Shown: positions 34,501-44,694, counted from the stretch's first letter. The stretch is DNA of 64,000 bases from an uncultured bacterium (GCA_963749495.1 CAVVMW010000021.1:1-64000); one strand, 5' to 3'. Notes: a model not told the origin generated them from the sequence alone. Numbers and translations: made by a program.

Positions 34501-34699
34501 TCAGCAGGTCGTTCCACACCCAGAGCGGCCCAGTGCTGTATTGGCGCGGCGGGTCCCGGAAGAGGGCCTTGACCTTGGTGGAATCAATCGCGCCGCAGTG
34601 CCGCGCCGCGCCCAAAGCCCCGGCGACAACCACAACGGTGAGGAGGCGGTTAAACCACCGATTCGCAACGCACAATCCGAACGTAGGGCGAGATTTCAT
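31576..34699 (-). CDS. Secreted GH106-like glycoside hydrolase (possible alpha-L-rhamnosidase), frameshift near 32347
   Basis: Signal peptide, YLSADW, WIYDENSYPSG, FTDEP and SSIANQLG motifs; C-terminal beta-sandwich in second frame. Confidence 0.75.
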
Positions 34700-34787
34700 T
34701 GCTGTATGACTTGGGGCGATTCTGCCAGAGGAACCTTGTGGTGATCAAGCCGGTTCCGTCACCGCGTAGCGGGCTGGGCGTACGACA

Positions 34788-35143
34788 CAATTCTTCGGGG
34801 ACACGATGGAACCGGCGGTGCCTGCTCTGGACGCCAACCGCGTCGCTCATACCAGCCCAGGGCATACGCCCTGGGTAGAACCGCCAATAATCATCTGGAG
34901 CGCTGAAAGCGCGATTCATCCTTGGTCCGGCCCTGCGCCACAACAGGAGCAATCCGCCTCGATCCCATACATAAGGGAACCTATTCGATTGGATTTGGCC
35001 GAACGAACTCCGGGAACTCTATGAGGCAGGCCGTTGGTCTGCAACAGAATGGAGCATGTGCGGTGGACCCAGGGCGGCGGCCCGCCTGCGCTGCGCTCCG
35101 GCGGGCCTTGCCCTGGGCTGGTGTGATTCAGGCCTTCGGCCTG
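34788..35143. mobile_element. Further-deleted copy of the 20825-21396 element
   Basis: Left arm and tnpA-upstream region conserved; tnpA collapsed to TCCCATAC|ATAAGGG. Confidence 0.8.
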
Positions 35144-35246
35144 AGCGCCAGTGTGCCAACCCCGGGCCTGGCATCAGGGGGAGGACCAAGCGGTGGATAT
35201 CCAGCCCCGGCATCGCTCCGGTCACGTCCCGGTGCTGCCGGCCTCT

Positions 35247-36062
35247 TCACCACGGTCCGGGGCCCAGTTCGGCAGGGCGGTAATAGACCGTCCAGGCCTC
35301 GTCGGCGGAGCCAATATTGATGAAGGATTTGAGCTTGGCAAAGTTGAAGCGGCGCCACTCGACATGGGCGTCTTCGTAAAGAAAATTGGCGCCAATGGGG
35401 ACGTTGCCGATGCCGTGGTGGTTTGAGGTGGGGACGGTAATGTTGGCGCCGTTAACCGTGTCGCTGTCGAGCCAAGTGCCGCTCAGGGATTGCATCTTGT
35501 CAATGACGATGGGCGCCCGGCGGTAGCCCTCGCCGAGCCGTTTGCGGCTGTGCCAGCCCTCCAAGCCGTTGGAGTTGTAAGTCCACCCGGACTTGACGTT
35601 CCGGAACGGCAGATAGACGTAGCCGATCAAGTTGGAATTGACCACGCTCGAACTTTCGAACAACCGGTGCCATTCGTCAGTGGGGCAATAGATGACATCG
35701 TTGATCGTGCGCTGGCCGGTGGTGGCGGCGTTGCCGGGACGGTTGCGGTAAAGATAAACCGGGTAGAAAACGTTATTGAAACTATCAGCCATCCAGGACA
35801 AATCCTGGGCGCCCGTCCCCGTGTTGTCCGGAAAGGAATTCCCGTTATCGTTGGAATAGAGCGAGATGGCCACACCCCATTGCTTGAGGTTGCTGGCGCA
35901 CTGGGCGCGGACGGCCTTCTCCTTGGCCTTGCTCAAGGCAGGCAGCAGCATCGCCGCCAGGATGGCGATGATGGCGATGACCACCAACAGTTCGATGAGT
36001 GTAAAGCCGGCTGCCTTGGCGAAGGGGCGCCGCACAGAGATGCTCCTCTCCAGGTTCTTCAT
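35247..36062 (-). CDS. Prepilin-type N-methylation domain protein (PVC H-x-x-G family)
   Basis: [38 protein letters not shown]...[13 protein letters not shown]. Confidence 0.9.
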   Translation of the reverse strand: MKNLERSISVRRPFAKAAGFTLIELLVVIAIIAILAAMLLPALSKAKEKAVRAQCASNLKQWGVAISLYSNDNGNSFPDNTGTGAQDLSWMADSFNNVFYPVYLYRNRPGNAATTGQRTINDVIYCPTDEWHRLFESSSVVNSNLIGYVYLPFRNVKSGWTYNSNGLEGWHSRKRLGEGYRRAPIVIDKMQSLSGTWLDSDTVNGANITVPTSNHHGIGNVPIGANFLYEDAHVEWRRFNFAKLKSFINIGSADEAWTVYYRPAELGPGPW

Positions 36063-36162
36063 GATGCGAGGCACCATAACGGATCGCCCGGCCGATGGCA
36101 ACCGTTATGTGATGCCTCAGTGAAGGCGGAGAGCGGAACCGGAAGGGCATCGCCCGACGCAA

Positions 36163-36245
36163 CGCGTTTTGGACTGCGGCAGTCCTCTGCCGCTTTTTGG
36201 ACCCTGGCGACACAAAAGCGCCAGAGGACTGGCGCAGTCCAAAAC
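36163..36245. repeat. Family D palindrome
   Basis: Matches 30188-30274. Confidence 0.88.
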
Positions 36246-36391
36246 CTCCGGGCTTGGGTTCATGGCGAAGAATGTGCTTGCCCTGTCGCTCCCGCCTCCA
36301 CTGAGGCCGTACTGCGCCCCGCAAAAAGAGGTTGAATCGGGCTGCGCTTTGGCCTAAAACACGACAAAGCAATGCAGCACATCAGGAAGTT

Positions 36392-37903
36392 ATGAAAAAC
36401 CTCACACGCCGAGACTTTCTCAAGACGGCCGCCCTTGGCGCCGCCGCCATTAGCATGGACGCCCTGACCTGGAGCCGGGCGGCCGGGGCCAACAGCGATA
36501 TCCGTGTCGCCCAGATCGGCTTTCACGGCCAGGGGGAGAGCCATATCAGCAGCTTGACCAAGCTCAAAGGGGTGCGCCTGGTGGCCCTGTGCAACGTGGA
36601 CCGGCACGTGCTCCAGAACAAGGCCCAGAGGCTGGGAGGCGGCATTGCGACCTACACGGACCTGCGCCAGTTGCTCGACAGCAAAGAGGTGGATGCCGTT
36701 TCGATAGCGGTGCCCAATCACTGGCATGCCTTGGCTACGGTGTGGGCCTGCCAGGCCGGCAAGGATGTGTATGTCGAGAAGCCTGCCTGCCACAACCTCT
36801 TCGAGGGCCGCAAGATGGTCGAGGCGGCCCGCAAATACAAACGCATCGTCCAGTGCGGCACCCAGTGCCGCTCCTCGGCCGGGCTGCGCGAGGCGGTGCA
36901 ATACGTCCAGCAGGGCCGCCTGGGCAAGGTGGTCCTGGCGCGCGGCTTCTGCTACAAGACGCGCAAGAGTATCGGCCTGGTGGACGGCCCCCAGCCAGTG
37001 CCCGATTACATCGATTATGAATTGTGGTGCGGCCCAGCCCCGCACGAACCGCCCCGGCGCAAGACCGGTTTCGGCACCGTCCACTATGACTGGCACTGGT
37101 TCTGGAATTACGGCAACGGCGACTACGGCAACCAGGGACCGCACCAGGTGGACATCTGCCGCTGGTTCCTGGGCGAGCAGGCCATCGCCCCGTTCGCCAT
37201 GGCCGTGGGCGGGCGCCTGGGCTACAAGGATTCGGCCGAGACCCCCAACACGCTGGTCGTCTATCAGGGCTACAAGACGCCCATGATCTTCGAGGTGCGC
37301 GGCCTGCCGCAGAACAAAGAGTCCCAGGAAAAGGGCTGGAAGATGGACCAGTTCAAGGGCGTGTCCGTGGGCAACGTCATCGAGTGCGAGCACGGCTACG
37401 TGGTCATCCCGAGCTATACCGAAGCGATCATTTACGGCCTGGACGGCAAGGAGATCACACGCTTCAGCGGCAGGAGGAAGAAGGACGCCGCCCAGGAGGG
37501 GAGCACGCCCACGGGCCTCTCGGCGGAGTCCGGGGGCCACCACGGCAACTGGGTCTCCGCGATTCGCACCCGCAGGAGCAAGGACCTCCACGCCGAAATC
37601 CTCGAAGGCCACCTCTCGGCCGGCCTGGTCCATACGGGCAATATCTCTTACCGGCTCGGGGCCAGGAAGCAACCGGCGGAGATTAAGGAGGCCTTGCAGG
37701 CCGACAAGCCTTTGGCGGAGGCCTTCGACCGGATGGCAGGCCATCTCGAGGCCAACGGCGTGGACATCACCCAGGACAACGTCCAATTGGGCCTGCCGCT
37801 CAAGTTCGACCCCAAGCGCGAACGGTTCGTGGACAACGCCCAGGCCAGCCAACTCGTCTCGCGGCAATACTGCAAGCCCTTCGTGGTGCCGGAGAAAGTG
37901 TAG
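36392..37903 (+). CDS. Tat-exported Gfo/Idh/MocA oxidoreductase
   Basis: TRRDFLK Tat motif, AVPNHWH and GKDVYVEKP. Confidence 0.92.
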   Translation: MKNLTRRDFLKTAALGAAAISMDALTWSRAAGANSDIRVAQIGFHGQGESHISSLTKLKGVRLVALCNVDRHVLQNKAQRLGGGIATYTDLRQLLDSKEVDAVSIAVPNHWHALATVWACQAGKDVYVEKPACHNLFEGRKMVEAARKYKRIVQCGTQCRSSAGLREAVQYVQQGRLGKVVLARGFCYKTRKSIGLVDGPQPVPDYIDYELWCGPAPHEPPRRKTGFGTVHYDWHWFWNYGNGDYGNQGPHQVDICRWFLGEQAIAPFAMAVGGRLGYKDSAETPNTLVVYQGYKTPMIFEVRGLPQNKESQEKGWKMDQFKGVSVGNVIECEHGYVVIPSYTEAIIYGLDGKEITRFSGRRKKDAAQEGSTPTGLSAESGGHHGNWVSAIRTRRSKDLHAEILEGHLSAGLVHTGNISYRLGARKQPAEIKEALQADKPLAEAFDRMAGHLEANGVDITQDNVQLGLPLKFDPKRERFVDNAQASQLVSRQYCKPFVVPEKV

Positions 37904-37925
37904 TGTTGGGGTGAGGGGCGGCCGT

Positions 37926-38066
37926 ACTGCACCGGACTTTGAGTGACTTCGGTATCTTTGTCGCAGCCTTTGTCGGAGCCTTTGTCGAGTTCAGCCGGAT
38001 TTCGACAAAGGTTTCGACAAAGGCTGCGACAAAGGTCGTGAAAGTCATTCAAAGTCCGGTGCAGTA
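37926..38066. repeat. Family B 12-mer array inside TIR TACTGCACCGGACTTTGA...TCAAAGTCCGGTGCAGTA
   Basis: Perfect 18-bp terminal inverted repeats around the array. Confidence 0.85.
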
Positions 38067-38102
38067 GGGCTCTGCCGGGGACTCCGTCTCTGCCTTCACC
38101 GG

Positions 38103-38420
38103 TTACGGCAGGGGAGCCGGGGCGGGGGCTTGCCTGAGTTGGACCCAAAAGCGGCTGCCTTTGCCAGGTTCAGACTCCACGCCGACACTGCCGCCCATGC
38201 GTTCGGCAGCCCTCTTGGTGATGGCCAGGCCCATGCCGGTGCCGGGATAGGCCTCGATGGGATGGAGCCGCTGGAACAGGCCGAAGAGCTTGCCCAAGTG
38301 ACGGTGCTCGATGCCGATGCCGTTGTCTTCGACCCAGAGGCGGACAAAGCCCTCGTGCTGCTCCGTCCGCAGGCGGATTCGGGGCTCAGTCCCTGAGCGG
38401 ACGAACTTGCAGGCGTTAGT
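38103..38420 (-). pseudogene. Orphan HATPase_c fragment of a sensor histidine kinase
   Basis: TNACKF, VEDNGIGI, LFQRLH, GTGMGL and GKGSRF boxes; no H-box or sensor part upstream. Confidence 0.75.
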
Positions 38421-38593
38421 CCGGAATGTTGTGTCTTGCAGCGACCAGCCACAGGCTGCGGTACGGTTAAGCCATGGTGGCCGGTCTTTCCATGGGGTGA
38501 TTGACCCAAAAACGCGCCTGCCGACACTGCGCCCGGGAGTGCGCCCATCCCCGGGCTAGCGCGAAATGTGCGCGGTGCCGCGAGGCCCGCAAG

Positions 38594-38680
38594 GTTTTGG
38601 ACTGCGCCAGTCCTCGGGCGCTTTTTGGACCCTGCGGACGCGAAAGCGCCAGAGGACTGGCGCAGTCCAAAACGCTTCGC
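38594..38680. repeat. Family D palindrome
   Basis: GTTTTGGACTGCGCCAGTCC...GGACTGGCGCAGTCCAAAAC. Confidence 0.88.
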
Positions 38681-38817
38681 GAGTTCGGACGCGCGCTCCT
38701 ATCGCTCGGTTCGGTCGCGCTCGACAAAGATGAGATGCGCCCTGGGGCGCCCGCCGCCAGCGGCGGCTTGCGCCGGAGCGGCGGAAGGTCCAAGCTCAGG
38801 CAGAAAGGCCAACCAGA

Positions 38818-40017
38818 GTGAAGACTCTCATAGCGGACAAGTTTCCGGAAGCCCATCTGGACCGTCTGGCCAGGCTGGGTTGTGAAGTGACCTATAATCC
38901 CGGGGTCAAAGCGGAGGAGTTGCCCAGGCTCATAGGGCCGCACAAGATCCTGCTGGTGCGCAGCAAAGAGGTCAGGGCCGAAACGCTCCGGGCCTCCGAG
39001 CAACTGGCGCTGGTGCTGCGGGCCGGGGCGGGGGTGAACACGATCGATGTGAAGGCGGCCAGCGCGCGGGGGATCTTTGTCAGCAATTGCCCGGGAAAGA
39101 ACTCGGTGGCGGTGGCAGAACTGGTGTTCGGGCTGTTGCTGGCCCTGGACCGGCGCATCCCGGACAACGTCGCGGCCCTGCGCGCCGGCAAGTGGAACAA
39201 GAAGGAGTTTTCAAAGGCGGACGGCCTGTTGGGCAAGACGCTCGGGGTGGTGGGGGTCGGGCAGATTGGGCGCGAGGTGCTCCACCGCGCGCGGGCGTTC
39301 GGGCTGCACACGCTGGCGTGGTCGCGCTCGCTGACCCCGGAGCGGGCGCAGGAGCTCGGCGTGGAGCGGTGCGGGGAGGTGGACGAGGTCTTCCGGCGGG
39401 CGGACATCGTGTCCCTGCACCTGGCGCTCAAGCCGGAGACGCGCAAACTGGTCGATGCGCGCCTCCTGGCCCTCATGAAGCCCAGGGCGATCCTCATCAA
39501 CACTTCTCGGGGCGAAGTGGTGGACCAGGCGGCCTTGGGTGAGGCGCTCCGGGCGGGCAAGCTCCGCGCCGGTTTGGACGTGTTCGACCCGGAGCCGGCC
39601 GAGGGGACGGGTGATTTCAAGGAGCCGATCCTGGCGCTGCCCAATCTCTATGGCACACACCACATCGGGGCCTCGACCGAGCAGGCGCAGGAGGCCATCG
39701 CGGAGGAGGCCCTGCGCGTCATCCAGGCCTTCGTCAAGACCGGCGTGGTCCTCAACTGCGTGAACCTGGCCTCGCGCACGCCCGCTCGCTGTCAGCTCGT
39801 CATCCGTCACTATGACCGCGTCGGGGTGCTCGCGTTCGTCATGGACCAGGTCCGGCGCGCCGGGATCAATATCGAGGAGGTGCAGAACGTCATCTTCGAG
39901 GGCGCCGCTGCTGCCAGTTGCCGCATCCAGTTGGGCGCCGAGCCGGGGCCTGAGTTGCTCGATGCTATCCGGACCGGCAGCGCGGACATCCTGGGAGTGG
40001 AATTGCTGAGGATTTGA
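38818..40017 (+). CDS. serA: D-3-phosphoglycerate dehydrogenase-like protein with ACT domain
   Basis: RAGAGVN, GVGQIG, INTSRG and HIGAST motifs, C-terminal ACT. Confidence 0.8.
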   Translation: MKTLIADKFPEAHLDRLARLGCEVTYNPGVKAEELPRLIGPHKILLVRSKEVRAETLRASEQLALVLRAGAGVNTIDVKAASARGIFVSNCPGKNSVAVAELVFGLLLALDRRIPDNVAALRAGKWNKKEFSKADGLLGKTLGVVGVGQIGREVLHRARAFGLHTLAWSRSLTPERAQELGVERCGEVDEVFRRADIVSLHLALKPETRKLVDARLLALMKPRAILINTSRGEVVDQAALGEALRAGKLRAGLDVFDPEPAEGTGDFKEPILALPNLYGTHHIGASTEQAQEAIAEEALRVIQAFVKTGVVLNCVNLASRTPARCQLVIRHYDRVGVLAFVMDQVRRAGINIEEVQNVIFEGAAAASCRIQLGAEPGPELLDAIRTGSADILGVELLRI

Positions 40018-40024
40018 ATCAGGC

Positions 40025-40552
40025 ATGAGACGCAAAGTCACTCTGGAGACGCTCCGGCAGTTCATGCGGGAGCTGGCCGAGGCGGCGCGCAGTCCGGGCA
40101 AGATCTATCTGACGGGCGGCGCCACCGCCTTGCTGCTGGGCTTTCGCGACCAGACCATTGACATCGATCTCAAGCTGGACCCCGAGCCCGAGGGCGCCTT
40201 CGAGGCCATTGCCGTGCTCAAACAACGCCTCCACCTCAACGTGGAGCTGGCCTCGCCGGATGATTTCATACCTTGTCCCGGCGACTGGCGGGAGCGCAGC
40301 CGGCACATCGCTTCCTTTGGGCGCGTGCAGTTCTTCCATTACGATTTTTCCCTCCAGGCGCTGGCCAAATTGGAACGGGGCCATGCCCAGGACCTGGAAG
40401 ATGTGGCCAGCCTGGTGCGCGGCGGCTATGTCAGCCCCGAGGAGCTGAGGCGCCGGTTCGCCCAGATCGAGCCCGGCCTGCTGCGCTACCCCGCCATCGA
40501 CCCCCAACAGTTCAGGCACAGGGTGGAGGATTTCCTGACCCACTGCTCATGA
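40025..40552 (+). CDS. DUF6036-like nucleotidyltransferase
   Basis: YLTGG...TIDID NTase motif, AKLERG..QDLED. Confidence 0.75.
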   Translation: MRRKVTLETLRQFMRELAEAARSPGKIYLTGGATALLLGFRDQTIDIDLKLDPEPEGAFEAIAVLKQRLHLNVELASPDDFIPCPGDWRERSRHIASFGRVQFFHYDFSLQALAKLERGHAQDLEDVASLVRGGYVSPEELRRRFAQIEPGLLRYPAIDPQQFRHRVEDFLTHCS

Positions 40553-40854
40553 CCACAGGGCCTCGTGAAAACTCGTTGCCCGGCCAGGACCTGGTCCGGC
40601 GCGGCATCGCCGACCTCCGGGCGGGTCGGCAGACCGATCTCTCGCTGCTCGTGCTCATTGCCGCCCCGCGGCTCCGTCGCCTGGGTATCCACGTCCCGGA
40701 GCGGCCCTTCACTCGGCCATACGAGCACCAGCTCTACGCCCGCCTGGACCGGCGCCTCGGCCCGGCGGCGCACTCCTATTACAACAGCCTCATCCGGCGC
40801 GTCGTCAGTTACGCCCGCGCCCTCGAGCGGGAACAAGCCCAAGCGCGGCATTGA
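40549..40854 (+). CDS. Hypothetical partner protein, coupled to the NTase gene
   Basis: ATGA overlap; LPGQDLV..G..DL...AHSYYNSLIRR. Confidence 0.7.
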   Translation: MTTGPRENSLPGQDLVRRGIADLRAGRQTDLSLLVLIAAPRLRRLGIHVPERPFTRPYEHQLYARLDRRLGPAAHSYYNSLIRRVVSYARALEREQAQARH

Positions 40855-40861
40855 CTCAGGC

Positions 40862-40971
40862 GGAGTGCGCCCGTCCTCGGGCGCAGCGACGTGCGCAGCC
40901 AGGGCAGCGGTCAAATACTCCGGCGCGCCTGCCCGCTCCGTCGCTGCTGCGCCCGGGGACGGGCGCACTCC
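40862..40971. repeat. Family A palindrome flanked by a 35-bp direct repeat
   Basis: Direct repeats at 40825-40859 and 40975-41009. Confidence 0.9.
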
Positions 40972-41076
40972 GGGGAGCGGGAACAACCCCCAGCGCGGCA
41001 TTGACTCAGCCGGGCGGAGGATGTAACAACGGGGCCGACGCGCGCGCCGGCGATGGCGCGCAGGCCGATGGCAATC

Positions 41077-42363
41077 ATGAGCACTTCACATTGGACCAGC
41101 CGCAGCCGAGTTCAGGCCGCGCTCAACCATCAACAGCCCGACTGTGTCCCGATGGATTTCAGCGGCACGGCGGTGACGGGCATCCATGTCTCGGCGGTGA
41201 CGCGGTTGCGGCGCCGGTTGCTGGGCGAGCCGGACTACCGGGTGCGGGTGATCGAGCCTTACCAGATGCTGGGCGAACTGGATGACCGGCTGCGCGCCGC
41301 GCTGGGCATCGATGTGATTGGGGTAACCCCGCGCAAGTCCATGTTCGGCACCGAGTCCAAGGACTGGAAGCCCTTCACGCTCTTCGACGGCACCGAGTGC
41401 TTGGTGCCGGGCCAATTCAACGTCACCCGCGCCGAGGACGGCGGCTGGCTCATCTACCCGGAGGGCGACACCAGCGCGCCGCCCCGGGGCCACATGCCGC
41501 AGGGCGGTTATTTCTGCGACACGATCGTTTACCAGGAACCGATCGACGAGGCAAAGCTCGACCCGCAGGACAACCTCGAGGAGTTCGGCCTGCTGAGCGA
41601 GGCCGACCTGGCCTACTTCCGCGACAAAAAGCAGTGGGTGCAGGCCCGCCCCGATTACGGCTGCATCCTGACCATCCCCGGCGCAGGTTTCGGCGACATT
41701 GCCCAGGTCCCTGCCCCCTGGCTCAAGCGTCCCAAGGGCATCCGCGACATCTCGGAGTGGTATGTCTCGACCAAGACGCGCCGCGATTATGTGTACGCCG
41801 TCTTCGAGCGCCAGTGCGCCATTGCCCTCGAAAACACCAAGACCCTCATCGACCTGTTCGGCGGCCTCGTCCAAGCGGCCTGGATTACCGGCACCGATTT
41901 CGGCACGCAGCGCGGGCCGTTCATCTCCTGCCAGGCCTACCGCGACCTGTTCAAGCCGTTTCACAAGCAGATGGCCCAGCTCATCCATCGCCGCTCCAAC
42001 TGGAAGGTCTTCATTCATTCCTGCGGCTCGGTCTTCGCGCTCATCCCCGACTTCATCGAGGCCGGCTTCGACATCCTCAACCCGGTCCAATGCTCCGCCG
42101 CCGAGATGGACGCCGCCCGGCTCAAGCGCGAGTTCGGCAAGGACATCGTGTTTTGGGGCGGGGGCGTGGACACGCAGCAGACGATGCCCTTCGGCACGCC
42201 GGAGCAGGTTTATCGCCAGGTGCGCGAGCGAATCGGGCTCTTCAATGCAGGCGGCGGTTTTGTTTTCAACTCCGTCCACAATCTCCAGGGCAACACCCCG
42301 CTGGAGAACCTCGAGGCACTCTTCCGGGCGGTGCGGGAGGAAAAGCTAAAGGCTAAAGGCTAA
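41077..42363 (+). CDS. Uroporphyrinogen decarboxylase-like / MtaA-type methyltransferase family protein
   Basis: DFGTQ, FIHSCG, LNPVQ, FWGGGVDTQ and HNLQ motifs. Confidence 0.88.
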   Translation: MSTSHWTSRSRVQAALNHQQPDCVPMDFSGTAVTGIHVSAVTRLRRRLLGEPDYRVRVIEPYQMLGELDDRLRAALGIDVIGVTPRKSMFGTESKDWKPFTLFDGTECLVPGQFNVTRAEDGGWLIYPEGDTSAPPRGHMPQGGYFCDTIVYQEPIDEAKLDPQDNLEEFGLLSEADLAYFRDKKQWVQARPDYGCILTIPGAGFGDIAQVPAPWLKRPKGIRDISEWYVSTKTRRDYVYAVFERQCAIALENTKTLIDLFGGLVQAAWITGTDFGTQRGPFISCQAYRDLFKPFHKQMAQLIHRRSNWKVFIHSCGSVFALIPDFIEAGFDILNPVQCSAAEMDAARLKREFGKDIVFWGGGVDTQQTMPFGTPEQVYRQVRERIGLFNAGGGFVFNSVHNLQGNTPLENLEALFRAVREEKLKAKG

Positions 42364-42443
42364 AGGCTAAAGTGCGGAAGGGAGGGCGGACCTCAAAGGG
42401 GTATTCTCAATCGTCCCTTTCCGCACTCTAGCCTTTAGCCTTT
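42344..42443. repeat. (AAAGGCT)n - core - (TAGCCTT)n hairpin supplying both convergent stop codons
   Basis: Stops at 42361-63 and 42428-30 both lie in repeat units. Confidence 0.9.
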
Positions 42444-42784
42444 TTGTCAATTGTTGTGAAAATGGCGATCAACTGGTGGGTCTCGTCGAGGAGATCGGCC
42501 ATCCTGGGTGCGGGGACGCAACCGCTATCAACGAGCAGTTCGAGCCAATACTCGGTTTCATCGATTTCCTTGAGGCAGTGGCCGATCTTGGAAATGAATT
42601 CGCTCTTGGATCGGGCGCGCGCTGCCTCGCGATAGTTGGCGCCTACCGAAGTTGCGGAGCGCAGGACCTGTTTACCGAGCACCTGCGCCACCGTATCATT
42701 CTTTGGCAGCTTTGAATACATCCGAATGACTCGGAGCGCGAAGGCCTTCGTTCTCGGTTTCAGTTCCTGTGGTTGGTCATTCAT
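42428..42784 (-). CDS. Four-helix-bundle protein (23S rRNA IVS protein / Avd-like family)
   Basis: RTKAFAL..., QVLRSATSVGANYREA, FISK..., KE..ET.YWLELL motifs. Confidence 0.92.
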   Translation of the reverse strand: MNDQPQELKPRTKAFALRVIRMYSKLPKNDTVAQVLGKQVLRSATSVGANYREAARARSKSEFISKIGHCLKEIDETEYWLELLVDSGCVPAPRMADLLDETHQLIAIFTTIDKKAKG

Positions 42785-42881
42785 AGGCAGGAATGCTAAG
42801 GGTAGGAGGCGAGAAAGCCAACTCCGGAGGCTGACAGCTAAAGGCCCGCGTGCCTGTCAGGTGCCGCACCGCGCTCCGCCA

Positions 42882-42907
42882 CTTTAGCCTTTAGCCTTTA
42901 GCCTTTT
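42882..42907. repeat. (TTAGCCT)x3 run upstream of the four-helix gene, supplying the stop of the next gene
   Basis: ctttagcctttagcctttagcctttt. Confidence 0.8.
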
Positions 42908-44265
42908 CCCCAGACGCCTTCCGGGCCGAAGAGATGGTCCAGGGCCGTTTCGAGGGTGCCGGTGCGCATGGCGAGGTCCAGGGCGGTGAAGCGGCGGCGC
43001 AGGAAGCAGGCCTGCCAATAGGTCCGGCGCAGCCGCGGGCGGGTGATGCCGATCTGCTCCGGTTGGACGGGCGCGCCGGCGGCCTCGAGCATGGCCCTCA
43101 GCTCGGCCAGGGGCAGCAGTTGCTCGCGCAGGCGCCGGCTCAGTTGGGGCCAGGCGCCGCGCAGCGTTTCCAGTTGCTGGCGCAGCCCGGCGCGGTCCAC
43201 GGCCTTGGCACGGGTCTCAACAAGGGCGACCTCCCTGGCCTCGCCCGGTTCGAAGGCTTGAATGACCTGTTTTTCGAGGGCGGGCGGGTCGGGCCATTGG
43301 GCGCAGCAACGGTCCACGTCCAGGCGTTCCAGCGGCAGGGCCAGGAGGTATTCATAGAGGGCGGTGACGGCGAGTGTGCCGATGCCGACCTTGAACCCGT
43401 GCCAGGGGATCTTGCCCTGGTGGGTATGATGCTCCATGTCCCATTGATGGCTGAACTGGTGTTCGGCGCCCGAGGCAACGCGGCTCGATCGAGCCCAGAC
43501 CATGGCCAGCCCGCCCAGCATCAGGCCCTCGGTCAGACGCCGAAGCGCCTCCAGGTCGCCGGTGCGCACGCCCGCCGGGTCGGCCAGGACCTCGCGCAGG
43601 CGGCCCTGGATGATGTCCCAGGCGCCCTGGTTGATGGGCTCGGTCCCCACGGCATCGGCCAGCATCCAATCGGCCCCGGCAGGGACCTTGGCGATGAGAT
43701 CGGCGTAGCCCGCCGCATTCAACTCCGCAGGCGCACCAGCGATCACATCCAGGTCGGCCACGACCGCCACCGGGGCAGGGCAGGGGAAGGTCTGCTTCGA
43801 GCCGTTGTGAGTGATCGAAGCCCCGTAGGCGGTATAGCCATCCATGGAAGCCGCGGTCCCCACGACCATGTAGCGTCGGCCCAGGCGATGCGACGCCAGC
43901 TTGGTCAGGTCGTTAATGGTGCCGGAGCCGACAGCCACCGGGCCGGCCCCTGGATGGGCGCGCAAGACCTCCTCGACCGCGACCACGAACCGATCCTCGG
44001 CATAGAGGTGCGGGTCCTTGAAGATGAACGGCGGCTCCACGGCATGCCCTACGCTCGAAAATGCCTCGACCACCGCGCGGCCCGCCGCCGCAAACGTCTG
44101 CTCGTCCGCAATCACCAGCGCCGGTTTGTTCCCAAACGCAAGGACGAAGAGAACCGGCGTCTGCCCCAACACGCCGCGGTCCAGCTCCAGCCAAAGGGTC
44201 TCCTGGGTCGCCCGGAGGGCGCGGTGCATGTGTGCTCTCAAATCGTCTTGCACGGTATCGCTCAT
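42898..44265 (-). CDS. sn-glycerol-1-phosphate dehydrogenase (AraM/EgsA-like)
   Basis: GSGTINDLTK, TAASMDGY, SGAEHQFSH and HGFKVG motifs. Confidence 0.88.
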   Translation of the reverse strand: MSDTVQDDLRAHMHRALRATQETLWLELDRGVLGQTPVLFVLAFGNKPALVIADEQTFAAAGRAVVEAFSSVGHAVEPPFIFKDPHLYAEDRFVVAVEEVLRAHPGAGPVAVGSGTINDLTKLASHRLGRRYMVVGTAASMDGYTAYGASITHNGSKQTFPCPAPVAVVADLDVIAGAPAELNAAGYADLIAKVPAGADWMLADAVGTEPINQGAWDIIQGRLREVLADPAGVRTGDLEALRRLTEGLMLGGLAMVWARSSRVASGAEHQFSHQWDMEHHTHQGKIPWHGFKVGIGTLAVTALYEYLLALPLERLDVDRCCAQWPDPPALEKQVIQAFEPGEAREVALVETRAKAVDRAGLRQQLETLRGAWPQLSRRLREQLLPLAELRAMLEAAGAPVQPEQIGITRPRLRRTYWQACFLRRRFTALDLAMRTGTLETALDHLFGPEGVWGKG

Positions 44266-44442
44266 CGCCCTGAAGTTACGAGACAAAGCGCCGCCTTGCA
44301 ATGGAACAAAGGACACCGGGATGAGGGAAGGCGCATTTCCCGGCGCAAATGGTTCGGCGTCTATCCGGCCAACAAGATCGCATTTGGCGGACTTGCCTGG
44401 CGTGGCGGGAACGATTCAGGATATCCGCAGAGTTGTATGCCG

Positions 44443-44694
44443 ATGAGCGCGATTCAGACACCTGACGCTGCCAGCGCATTGGCGCGCTTCGTTGAGCGTG
44501 ACCCATTACGATTGGGGGGCGTCCCCGTGTTCCGGGGAACGCGAGTGCCGGTCAAGAGCCTGTTTGATCACCTGCGCGCTGGCGATTCCTTGGAGGCCTT
44601 TCTTGACGACTTCCCCGGCGTAACGCGCGAGCAGGCCCAGGCTGTGATTGACTTGGCCGGCCACCAACTGCTCGGAGAGGCCCCTGGGCAGTGA
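44443..44694 (+). CDS. DUF433 antitoxin-like protein
   Basis: GGVPVFRGTRVPV...FLDDFPGV. Confidence 0.88.
   Translation: MSAIQTPDAASALARFVERDPLRLGGVPVFRGTRVPVKSLFDHLRAGDSLEAFLDDFPGVTREQAQAVIDLAGHQLLGEAPGQ

Noticed and set aside
38103..38420. Stand-alone HATPase as a novel mini-protein
   Set aside because: It begins abruptly at the N-box with no good start and sits among repeats; more likely a deletion remnant.
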